In this document: positions 14,160 to 25,739 of the stretch, piece after piece | How positions within the stretch are numbered: position 1 is the stretch's first letter | Layout of the letters: the number at the start of each line of letters is the position of its first letter | Assembly (NCBI GenBank): GCA_050273025.1 | Contig: CP158635.1 | Coordinates: 18,476,001-18,540,000, forward strand | Direction of reading: 5' to 3' | Source of the DNA: Cenococcum geophilum | Taxonomy: Eukaryota | DNA: 64,000 nt | The notes under the pieces: generated by a model | Seen by the model: only the letters and a program-made list of their open reading frames with translations | The model's database searches: none | What the model was told of the DNA's origin: nothing | Translations under genes and position numbers: made by a program

Positions 14160-16100
14160 TATAGATCTTCTTAATACCCCTTCATCAGCATTTTGTTAGG
14201 GTGCCAAGATCCTAGAGGCCTCCTAATAGGATTTTAATTGTCCTAGAGGTCCTAGAGGTCCTAACAGGCTCCTAATAGGCTCCTAGCAGGATTTTGATTT
14301 TCTTAATCGTCCTAGTTGTCCTAACAGGCTCCTACTAGGATCTTTGGTTTTTTTAATCGTCTTGTTAGGGTCCTGTTAGGGTCCTAATAGGAAACTAGTA
14401 TTTCCTAATCGTCCTATTAGGTTCCTGGCAGGATACCCCTAAGCAACATCCCTCCTAATACCCCCCCTAAAGCGACACCTCTGCATATACCCTCAAGTAA
14501 CACCCCCAATGCGACACCCCCCCTCATGCAACACCCCCCCACCTTTAGTGCGCGCGCGCGCGACATATAATATATAGTGCTATTAGGCGCGACATACAGT
14601 GCTATTAGGTCCCCGCTATATTTCTAATAACCTACACATACCTCTACCAAGTTACCCCCTTTATAACCACCTTATTTTTCACCCTTCCTTATATCCTCCC
14701 TACCTTAGGAGGTACTAGAATAGCAGCTAATAAAGGACCGTCGCTAGAACTAGATAACTATTGCTAAAACTAGACGACCGTTACTAGAACTAGATAACCG
14801 TCCTAGAGCTAAACAACCGTCCTAAAACTAGACGACCATTACTAGAACTAGATGACGACCTTTTAAATAATTAGCTAGCGAATACCACAAACGATTTAAT
14901 TAATCGATCGATTGAATTAAACTAGAGCTTTAATATCGGCCTATTACTAAATTAAATCGAATTAAGGCCTCCTAGGGAGGTACCCTAGACGGCTACCATT
15001 TAAATATATAGCTAGCAAACGGCTATAGAGAACAATCTAAATTAATTAGAGCCTTTAATCAGGCCGACCCCTCCCCTAAATTAAATTAGATACTAATATA
15101 GGCAGGTAGGCAAGAGGTAGGTAGGAGAGGACCGTTACTAGAACTAGACGACCGTTGTTAGAGCCAGACGGCCGTCATTAGAGCTAGATAACCGTTGCCA
15201 GAGCTAAACGACTATTATTAAAGCTAGACGACTATTATAAGCTTAACGACTGTCGCTAGAGCTAGACGACCGTCGCCAGAGCTAGATGATAATCGTTTAA
15301 ATAACTAGCCAGCGAACACTATAATTAATTTAATTAATCGATTAAATTGAACTAGAACCTTAATATCGGCCTATTACAAATTAAATCAAATTAAGGCCTC
15401 CTAAGGAGGCACCCTAAACAATCACCGTTTAAATATATAGCTAGCGAACGCCTATAGAGAACAATTTGAATTAAGCAGAACCTTTAATCGGGCCGACCTC
15501 TTCCCTAAATTATAGATATAGACAGGTAGGCATTAACAGGTAGGCATAACAGGCATAGGCAGGTATAGATAGGTAGGATAGGCAGGATAGGTAGGTAGGC
15601 AGGCAGGTAGGTAGGCACTAGGCCTAGTTAGGAAATTAGTATATGGCCGGGTCGTCGGGAACACCGCTAATTAACAATTTAGAGCCTCCGCGAGAGGCTC
15701 CTTAGTTAATCGCCTAACGCTTAAGCAATTATAGAGCTCCATAATAGATATAGGTGGTAGGCAGAAAAGATTAATTTAAATTATTTAGATTATATAATTA
15801 AATTTTAAATTAAATTTTAAATTAAATTTTAAATTAAATTTTTTTTTTTACTAGCTGCAAGTACTGGAGTGTTAATATACCTTATTTTTAAATTTAGAAT
15901 TTTTATTATTGTCTTAATAGTCCTAATGGTCCTAATAGTCCTAATAGTCCTAATGGTCCTAAAGGTCCTAAAGGTCCTAAAGGTCCTAATAGTCCAAGCG
16001 ACCTCCTAATAGGCTCCTAGTAGAATGCCAAGTGTAAGTGTCTTTTGGAGCTCCTGACAGCCCTAATAGGAACTATTAGGAGCTGTTAGTACTATTAAGA
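14160..16100 (-). repeat. Degenerate inverted relative of the 20326-21839 element, rich in short tandem repeats
   Basis: About 14190-15800 resembles the reverse complement of ~20580-21570: 21-bp ccagaactagacgaccgtcg units, ggcaggta microsatellite and cctaatagg units. 14860-15090 is duplicated at 15295-15510, and a 9-bp gtcctaata array lies at ~15912-15993. Confidence 0.75.
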
Positions 16101-16434
16101 GGTATAAACATTTTGCTAATATTTTAAAAAAATTTAACTTTATTATTATATAAATTAATTATTAAATATTATAGCTCCTAAAGTAAACTTATTACTTTTT
16201 ATACCTATTAAACTCCCTTAATATAAAGGGGTTATTAAACTACTAGTAAATAAAGACTTTTAACCTATAGATACTAGTTACTAGGGATTTACTTTATAAA
16301 TCCTACCCCTTATTATATAGCATACCCCTCTGCCCTATTACGCTCCCTCTATAAAAGATATAAAGTCGGCTAATATATAGCCTCCTTTACATCCTTATAG
16401 AGGGAAGCGTAGTAGGGCGGGGGACTACACTATA

Positions 16435-16611
16435 CATTAGGAAAAAAATTTGGCCCCGTTATTGCAAGCGAAAATCGGGGTCTGCAAAACCTGCGTAAGT
16501 CGCAATTTTGGCAATTTGCGGGCAATTTGCGGGCAATTTGCAGCAATTTACTACAAACATATAACCCTAATTTTCGGCCGCAACAACGTAGCTAAAAAAA
16601 ATTTCCTAATG
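16435..16611. mobile_element. 177-bp MITE with CATCAGGAAA-type TIRs and TA flanks
   Basis: Begins cattaggaaaaaaattt and ends aaaaaaaatttcctaatg, with TA on both sides. Its right end matches the terminus at ~46145-46178. Confidence 0.8.
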
Positions 16612-16639
16612 TATAGGAAGTGTAACCGTAGGGGCAGGC

Positions 16640-17607
16640 CGGTAGACCTCTCTTATTAAATACGAAATTGCTATATATTAATAGGCACACTTCTAGTTCT
16701 TTAAGCGGCAAGTTAGCAGACTTCTATTATTAAGTATAAAACTACCGTATATCGCCTAGTATATCGCCTAGTTCCTTAAGCCGTAAGTTAGTAAACTTCT
16801 ATTACTAAGCGCGAAACTACTAGTATATTACCCGGTTCTTTAAGCGGTAAGCTAGTGTAAGAGTATATATATTAGGTCCCGCCGCGCTTACAACAAGTTC
16901 GCAAGCACTTTTAGTCTTTTTGGCCGTATGGCGACGTGGAGGCGGGCCACGTTATAATTGTGCTTGCGAACTTACTAGGGCCAGGTATCGTAGGTTCAAT
17001 CCCTATCAGTTACTTTACTTTAGTACAGTCTAACGCGCATCCGTGTAATGAGGCGTCGGTAGAGATTCCAATCGCTTATGTTACTAGGGACTAACTAATA
17101 TAGTAATACTCTTGTTGTTTAATCCCTATAGAGGCCTAAATGGGCGTACAGAGGAATCCCTGCGAGCGCTCGGGGACGAGCGCGTAGAGGAGAAGGCAAT
17201 TGTAAGAGTATATATATTAGGTCCCGCCGCGCTTACAACAAGTTCGCAAGCACTCTCAGTCTTTTTGGCCGTATGGCGACGTGGAGGCGGGCCACGTTAC
17301 AGCTAGCAGACTTTTACTACTAAGCACGAAGTTACCGCATATTGCTAGGCATATTACCTAATTCTTTAAATTGCAAGCTAGCAGGCGTCGCCTATTAGTA
17401 GAGTATTCTAATATATTAGCTTATATATTGCCTAGTTCCTACATTATAAGCTAGTAGACTTATTACATTAATAGAGCACTACGACATATTGCCTAGCGTA
17501 TTACTTAAGTCCTTAAATAGCAAGCTAGCAGTTATTGCTTATTACTAGAGTACTATAATATATCCAGTCGCTTATTACCTAGTTCCTTAAATAGCAAGAT
17601 AGTAAAC
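16640..17607 (+). repeat. 75-bp tandem repeat array, copy 1 (continues at 25431-25720 after the gypsy insertion)
   Basis: Units like attactaagcgcgaaattgccgtatattgcctagtatatcgcctagttccttaagcggcaagctagcagacttct; interrupted by the TRIM and gypsy copy B. Confidence 0.85.
16856..17301 (+). mobile_element. TRIM (miniature non-autonomous LTR retrotransposon), 446 bp
   Basis: 101-bp LTRs at 16856-16956 and 17201-17301 (TGTAAG...TTACA), TSD GCTAG at 16851-16855 and 17302-17306. A purine tract agaggagaagg precedes the 3' LTR and there is no coding capacity. Confidence 0.95.
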
Positions 17608-20600
17608 TATTACGGAACCCCACTATAGGGGCCTCTATAGGAGAGCCCCGTACTCTTGCGTATACCTTATATACAGCTTATATTAGCTACGCGTAATATC
17701 TTATAGACTCCTTAAATACATATATCTTATAGCCACTGCCCCCGTCCTATAACATTACGTTATACCTTTTTACTACCAATACCTAGCCTATAACTAATTC
17801 TACGTCTCTATAATACTATAGGCGCTGCTAGAAGCAGCGTACCTATAAGTTACCTTACTTTATACTTCTAAGGAACCTATAATAGTAAGACAATATTCCT
17901 TATTAGCCACTATATTAAACCTAAAGAATAATCTAATACCTATATTTAACCTACAACACCAATTAATCCTAAGAGAATTCGATTTATTAGCCCTAGCCTT
18001 AACCCCTAAGGAGATGGACACCAATAATATCTTATCTTTTATTAACTATATAACTACGAACAAGTAAGTAAAAGGGCTACTATTTATTAAAATCAAAATA
18101 CGAGACGCTAAGACGTTTGCAAAAATAGTAGCATAAGAACCTAATAAATACTACCGCCTTTTATAGAACTACTACCTAAAGCTTATACAAGCCGAGATAT
18201 ATACTACCTAAGATCGCGATATTATCCAAGACTTATAAGCTCGCGAGGTGCTCGCTAATAACACGCGTTAAAAAACCGAAGATAACCTTTATATATCTAA
18301 ACGCGACGTCTAACAGTTAAAGAAGGCTAAGATTGTACTTATTACTACGGTCACTAAAAGAGAAGGTATAATTAAATACCTATAATCTTAGCTTAATAAG
18401 CATATTTATAATAACGCTAGATACCTCTCTACTATATATAACGCCACTTAAGTCTCTACGCCCCTGGCAACTTTACCTACTTAATACTTAATAGAGGGTC
18501 AGCGCCAAGCAGTCTTACCTAATGGGAATCCCTACTAAAGTAATAATAAAAGCTATAATAACTAAACCTAAGCTGCTACCGTAGGGTCTAATATACGTTA
18601 CCCTAATCCCCTAATTTTTCTAGGGAGACTGTAAAGAATATAGCTACTAGAAGATGTAAATCCGCAAGAAACTAACTTAGAGCGCCTACCTTTTTCCTAC
18701 GGAAGATACTAAGATTGGCTATATTATTAGGCAAATAAAGGGTATACTATTTAATAGACTCTTCGCCTAATAGGAGACTAATAGCCCCTAAAAGTAGTAG
18801 TTCCACTAAAAAGTCCTTAATAATCTTAACCTAATATACTGCGACTATAACCTACTAGCCACTAACTAAGCTAAACTATATACCCTAAAGATAAGCCCTA
18901 CTAAATTATTTAATGAGTTCTATATTAAATTCTAGAAATATACTAAAGCCCTTACCTAAGATAATACTAAAGACTAGGAAGATCTCCTTAAAAAAGTTAC
19001 TTATTACCTTAGTTACGCAGCCGCCAGCCATAACTACAATAATATTTATAATATGGTAGCAGCTATACGGAAGATTAAACAATAACTAAATTAGATCGCT
19101 ACTGCAAACCCTTACCTAAAGACCTCCCTATAGAAGCCCTCCGGACCTACCAAACCACTAACGCCCACTACCCTAAGTAATACTACTAGTCCTAATATTA
19201 ACCTTTCCATACTAACCTTCCCGTAAAAGCTACTAGATAAAGAACGCGAGCTACTCTAAAAGCTAAAGCGTTACTATAGATATTATTAAGAAGGCTATTA
19301 TAGCTATAGCCCAAACTACCTAATAGCTAGGTTTAGTAGCCGCCGCCTAATATCTAACCTAGTACCTTAAATACTAAATACGTTGCTATATGCCACTACC
19401 ATACAAGATAAAGACGTAGTAATAGTAGTAGAATTGGATATGGAAACGAAAAACGCCAAGTCCTAGCCTTAAGTCGTAGGTTAGAACGCCCTAATAATAA
19501 GGGGATCTATATATCGGCCTGCTTAATAGATAACTTAGTAAAGATAAATAAACGAAAATAGATAGTTTTACCCGTAATAGGAACTACTGCCAAAAAATAA
19601 TATAAAAGCCGTTTTATAATTAATTGCGGAGCTACTAATAAATTTATAGATACCTAATTCGTGCGTACTTATAACCTACCTACCTTACCCCTTACCAAAG
19701 CCCGTACCCTATAACTCGCCAATAGTAGTTATACTGTACAGAAGATTACCTATATAGTACAACTCTACCTAGATATAAATAGGCACCAGGAAGAACTCTA
19801 GGCCTATATTACACTACTTACTAACTACCCTATTATTCTTAGAATAAACTAGCTTAAATAACACAACCTTGCTATTAACTAGAAAAAGAGAAAAGTAACC
19901 TTTAACTCTAAATACTATAGAGAGACCTGCCTAGGATATGGCCTAGCCACCTCTATCTACTCCCTAGAATACCAACCTAAGGAACCCCTTATTACCCTAC
20001 CCACAATTAACTACTACTACGTAAGTGCCGTGGCCTTTTACTGCATAGTATATAGGAAAGGCTAAACTATTACCGCAGCCTCCTAATTACAATTATATAA
20101 GCTTAATAAAGAATAGGACTATGTCCTCTATAGTAATAGGATAGATATAATTAACCTCCTAAAAAAACAATGCCCCCGTAGAACTCTATGGACTTTTACC
20201 TTTAAACTTTAAGAAGTTTATAAAGCTTAAAAAAGGACTTACTAATAAGGAACTCCGTAAGCTCCTCCCTAAGAGGTACTATAACTTTATTAACATATAC
20301 TCACAAAAGAGCGTAGATATACTCCCGTTAGGAAAACGGGAGAGTGGTAGGGGCTAGCCAGGGGCTGGCCCGGGGCTGGCCCGGGGTCATTTTAGCTGGA
20401 TCCGCTGATCTGCTTATGTACACTTCTTTACGCTAGCCCCGGGCCCCATTAGCAACATTAGCAATATTAGCAATATTAGTAATATTAATAATATTAACCC
20501 CAAAAATTATAATATATCTTTTTACTATAATAGTTATAATATTTTCTATAACTGCAATATTTATATAAAAATAATAATAAAATTTAAAATTTAAAAATTG

Positions 20601-23600
20601 GGTATTAAGCAATTAATTAAAATAAGTGGGAAGCCTCTTGCAGAGGCTCCAAATCGTCAATTAGCGATATTCCTGACGATCCACCGGCCATGTACTGATT
20701 TCCTAACTAGGCCTAGCACCCGCCTACCCGCCTGCCTGCCTACCTACCTGCTTGCTTACCTGCCTGCCTACTTGCCTGCCTACCTGCCTGCCTATACCTA
20801 CCTATCTGTACCTACCTGTCTGTGCCTACCTGTGTATGCCTACCTGTGTATGCCTACCGTCTATATCTGTCTATGGTATCTAATTCAATTTGATTCTCTA
20901 GCGGGCTGATATCGAGGCTCTGGTTCGATTCGATCGATCGATTAAGTCGTTCGTGGTGTTGCTGACTGGTTGTTCGAACTATCGTCGTCTGGTCCTGATG
21001 ACGGTCGTCCTGATGACAGTCGTCTGGTTCTGACGACGGTCGTCTAGTTCTGGCGACGGTCGTCTGGTTCTGGCGACGGTCGTCTGGTCCTGATGACGGT
21101 CGTCCTGATGACGGTCGTCTGGTTCTGGCGACGGTCGTCTAGTTCTGGCGACGGCCGTCTGGTTCTGGCGACGGTCGTCTGGTCCTGATGACGGTCGTCC
21201 TGATGACAGTCACCTAGTTCTGGCGACGGTCGTCTGGTTCTGGCAATAATCATCTGGTTCTGGCAATGGTCGTCTGGTTCTGGCCACAGTCCTCTGCTAG
21301 CTGCCGTTGTAGTGCCTCCCTAGGTAGAGAGGATGGAAGGAAGGGTGAAAAATAAGGGGTATTTAGGTGTACAAGGGGTATGCAAAGACACGAAGAGGCT
21401 GCCGGGAATATAGTGGGGACCCGATAGCACTGTGGGCCGCTGTCAGGACGATTAAGATAACTAGGAAAATCAAAGTCCTACTAGGAGCCTGCTAGGAAGC
21501 CTGCTAGGAAGCCTGCTAGGAAGCCTGCTAGGAGCCTGCTAGGAGGCCTTTAGGATTTTAATACCCTAATAGCAATAAACGTAATAATAGTAATAATATT
21601 TATTTTATAGCCATAAGCTAGCATAATGCTAGCGTACAGCTCTAGGGCCTAGCTAATATGGCAGAAAGCTGGCGTAGAGCTCTAGGGGGTTAGCTAATAT
21701 GGCGGAAAGCTAGCTAATATGGCGGAAAGCTAGCGTATAGCCCTAGGGGGTCAGCTAATATGTCGGAGAGCTAGCCCTGGGCCCTAAAAACACTTTTAGC
21801 GAAACTAAATTTCGTGCGACACCCCCCGTTTTCCTGACGCCCCCCACATCAACCTAATAACTATACCATTAATATTAAATAAGGAAAAACACTACCCTAT
21901 AAAAGACCCTACCTAATATTAAAAGACGAACTTCTAGTTATTAAAAAGTATATTAACGAGCACCTTAATAAAGGGTTTATTCGCCCTAGCATATCCCCAG
22001 CAGCCGCCCCCATCCTCCTTACTAAGAAGCTAGGAGGAGGTATTTAATTCTATATTAACTATAGAGGACTTAACGCTATTACAATTAAGAACTAATACCC
22101 TATATCGCTTATACATAAAACTCTTAAGCGGCTTAGCTAAGCTAAAATCTATACTAAGCTTAATATTATTACCGCCTTTAACCGCCTCTAAATACGAGAA
22201 GGTAATAAATGGAAAACCGCATTTATATTACGCTTTAGCCAATTTAAATATACCATTATGCCCTTTAGCGTATATAACGGCCTAGGCAGCTTCTAAAGCT
22301 ATATTAATAACGCCTTATAGGACTACCTTAATAACTTCTACTCTGCGTACCTAGACGATATACTTATTTATAGCAACAACCCTTTTAAGCATACTAAGCA
22401 CGTTTAAAAGGTCCTATAGCGCCTTAGGGACGTAGGACTTTATATTAATTTAAAAAAGTGCAAATTCTTAGTTATAGAAGTAAAATACCTTAAACTAATT
22501 ATTACTACTAAGGGTGTCTATATAAACCCTAAGAAGGTACGCATAATTACTAAATAGCAAACCCCTAACTATATTAAAGATATATAAGCTTTCCTTAGTT
22601 TCGTTAACTTTTATTAAAAATTTATATATAACTTCTCGGGTATTATAGCACTACTTATAGCAATAATGTAAACGAAGGGCCTTTCCGTAAAAGGAAGAAA
22701 AATATATCTACGTTTTATCTAAACGCCTAAATACAAGAAGGCATTTTAAAACCTTAAAGATACTTTTACCAAAGCACCTATCCTAGCTTACTTTATACTA
22801 GGACGATAACTTTATCTTAAAACTAACTTCTTAAACCACATTAACGCAGGCGTCCTTTCTCAGATAGGTAATAACGGTCTCCTCCACCTAGTCGCATTCT
22901 ATTCGTCTAAGCTTATACTATAAAAATATAACTATAAGATCTATAATAAGGAACTTCTTATAATTATATAAGCGTTTAAGGAATTCTAACTAGAACTTTT
23001 TTTAGTAGAACCTAACTAGCCAACTAAAGTCCTTACAGATTATTGCAACCTTAAGTACTTTATAACTATAAAATAGCTAAACTAACGCTAAGCACACTAG
23101 AACGAGTTCCTCTCTAGTTTTAACTTTAAAATCGTATATAGGCTAGGAGTATAAGGTACTAAGCCTAATAGCCTAATACGCCGCTTATAAGACCTTCCTT
23201 AGTCTAAAGATAACCCCTATAACTAGTTCCAATAATAGACAATCCTAAAAGCACGGAATTTGGCCTTAGGTATGCTACCTATAATAGAGCCAACTATACC
23301 TTAGCTCTATACTATAGAACTAAAATTACCTCCTAAAATTAATAAGCTTATTATCACGGCATTTAACACCTCTATTAACCTATTACTGCATTAACTTATT
23401 GCCGCAAAGACCGCTAGCGCCCGTATACTACCGACTAAACTCTAAAGCTTAGGCCAGATTAATATAACAGCCTTAAAAGTAAAAGAAAATAGGCTCTATT
23501 ATAGAGGCCGTCTATTTATCTCTAACTTAGAAAATCTATAATAGTAACTAATCTAAATAGCCTACGACCTCTAATTAAGCGGCTACCTAGGTAAAGAAGA

Positions 23601-25425
23601 AATCTATAAGCTTCTTAGCCGATACTACTTCTAGCCTAAAATAATAGACTTAGTTAAACGCTTTATAAGCGCCTACTACAGTTATAAGCGCGCTAAGGCC
23701 TTTAATATAAAGTACTAAGGACTACTACACCCTTTACTAGTACCTATATAACAATAGGCAGATATCGCTATAGATTTCGTTATTAACCTACTACCCTATA
23801 AGTGATATAGCCGTACTTATAAGAACATCCTTATAATAATATGCCGACTTATAAAAGAGCGCCACTACGTCCTAACTAAAGGCGTAGCCGTTAGTAACGT
23901 CACTAACGCCTTCCTTCGCGAAATCTACCGATTATATAGGTTACCTAACTTAATTACGTCCGACTAAGGCATACAGTTCAGCTCTAATATATAGAGACGA
24001 ATCTGCTAACGCCTTAGCATCTCTATTAAGATATCTATATCCTTCTACTATAAAACTACTAGGCAACTAGAAAACGCTAATACTAGCATAAAAGCGTACC
24101 TATAATAGGTAGTCGCCTATAGTTAAGATAACTAGGTAGATTACCTCCTACTAGGTAAATTTATAGTAAATAACTACGTCTTAACTACTACAGGACTTAC
24201 CCCGTTCTTCGCGAATAAGGGATATCACCCCTAATTTAGTATAGAACCACCAGAACCTATTAATAAAAAACTACTATATAGAAAACGCCTTAAGATGCTA
24301 CTTACTAACTAGCATACAGACTATATAAAAAATCTACTCAACTACTATAAGGGAGAAATGGCCTAGGCTTAAGTAAAGCAGGCCTATTTCACTAACTGTT
24401 ATAAAACGCCACTATCGGAGATATATATTAGCGACTAGGTATAGCTAGATATACGCAATATCTCTATATAGAGGCCTATAAAGTCACTTAATTATAAGAA
24501 CCTTAGCCCCTACCTAATTAAACAAGTCATTAATAGGGGAGCCATATACAAGCTAAAGCTCCCGCCTATTCTAGCCACCTATAGGATATAGCCTATATTT
24601 TACCTATAGCTACTACACCTTTACCAGCCTAACCCCTTACTGGGGTAGATATAGCCTAAACCCCTACTAGTACTAATCTAAGACGAGAATAAAAACGAGA
24701 ACTATAAGGAGTAGACCGTTAAACGAATTATTAACTCTAAATACTTTAGTAAAGGCAGAGGACGACGGCTCTACTACAGAGTTATATATATAGGATTCAA
24801 CATAAATTAGCCAGAATAGCAACTATAGGAAGACTTTGAAAATATAAAGGATCTAATTAGCGACTTTTACTATATAAACTTATAGAAACCGGGCCTAAGC
24901 AGAGATTTTATACCTAATCCTCTATAGGAGCCCTTATAAAGTTAAACTATTATATATTACTACATAGGGGCAAATTACCGTCAGATTGCCGTTAGATTAC
25001 GGTAAAGTGCGATTACGTGACCGGAATATTATTAAGATGTCTAGGAACTTTAACTGGCGGTTAAAGTTATCTAATTAGTTGGATTCTTAGATGCTAAGCC
25101 TTATTATATAACATTGTTTTAAGCCTTTAGCAATACCCCCCTTTCTTCTTTTCTATACCCTAAGTATCCCTTCTATATATATATAGTAACTATAGCGTCG
25201 CCGGAGCTCCGCCTCTATAGGAGGGGGGGTAGTATTACGGAACCCCACCGTAGAGGCCTCCATAGGAGAGCCCCGTGCTCTCGCGTACACCTCGCGTACA
25301 GCTTATGTCAGCTACGCGTAGGTATATCACCTCCTTACGCCCTCGACCCTTACGATCGATCGCGCAACGTTTTATAAACTCCTTAAATACATACGTCTTG
25401 TAGTCACTGCCCCCGTCCCGTGATA
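17608..25425 (+). mobile_element. Full-length Ty3/gypsy chromovirus, copy B (same family as copy A), RIP-inactivated
   Basis: Colinear with 2365-8707. The 5' LTR at 17608-17754 has an internal deletion and the 3' LTR is at 25233-25425. TSD TAAAC at 17603-17607 and 25426-25430; a 1.5-kb insertion interrupts pol. Confidence 0.95.
20326..21839. mobile_element. Non-autonomous TIR element (CGTCAGGAAAACGGG TIRs, probable 2-bp TSD) inserted in gypsy copy B
   Basis: Begins cgttaggaaaacggg and ends cccgttttcctgacg. Comparison with the empty site in copy A (~5121-5135) shows two extra C. The interior is non-coding repeats: cctg/ccta microsatellite, 21-bp ggttctggcgacggtcgtct units and gcctgctagga units. 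Confidence 0.9.
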
Positions 25426-25739
25426 TAAACTTTTCTTATTAATACAATAATTGCGGTATATTGCCAATATATTACCTTATTCCATAAAAAACAACTTAAT
25501 ATACCTTTTATTAACCGTAAGAATGCGGTACATCGCCAAGAAACATTACTTACTCTATTAAAAAAAACCCTAGTATATGCCTTCTATCAGCCATAAGACT
25601 GCGGCATATTACCTACTATATTGCCCAATTCTTAAAACAACAGCCTAGTATACTTCTTCCACTAGATAAGACTTTACGGCAAATTACCTAGCATATTACT
25701 TAATTCTGCGCTAAAATATTAAAAATACCTCACTAAAAC

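Noticed and set aside
16975..17015. tRNA gene
   Set aside because: Only a T-arm-like hairpin is present; no acceptor, D or anticodon arm could be folded.
20598..21253. ORFs with PAYL and RTRRPSPE repeats
   Set aside because: They arise from micro- and minisatellites inside a non-autonomous TIR element.
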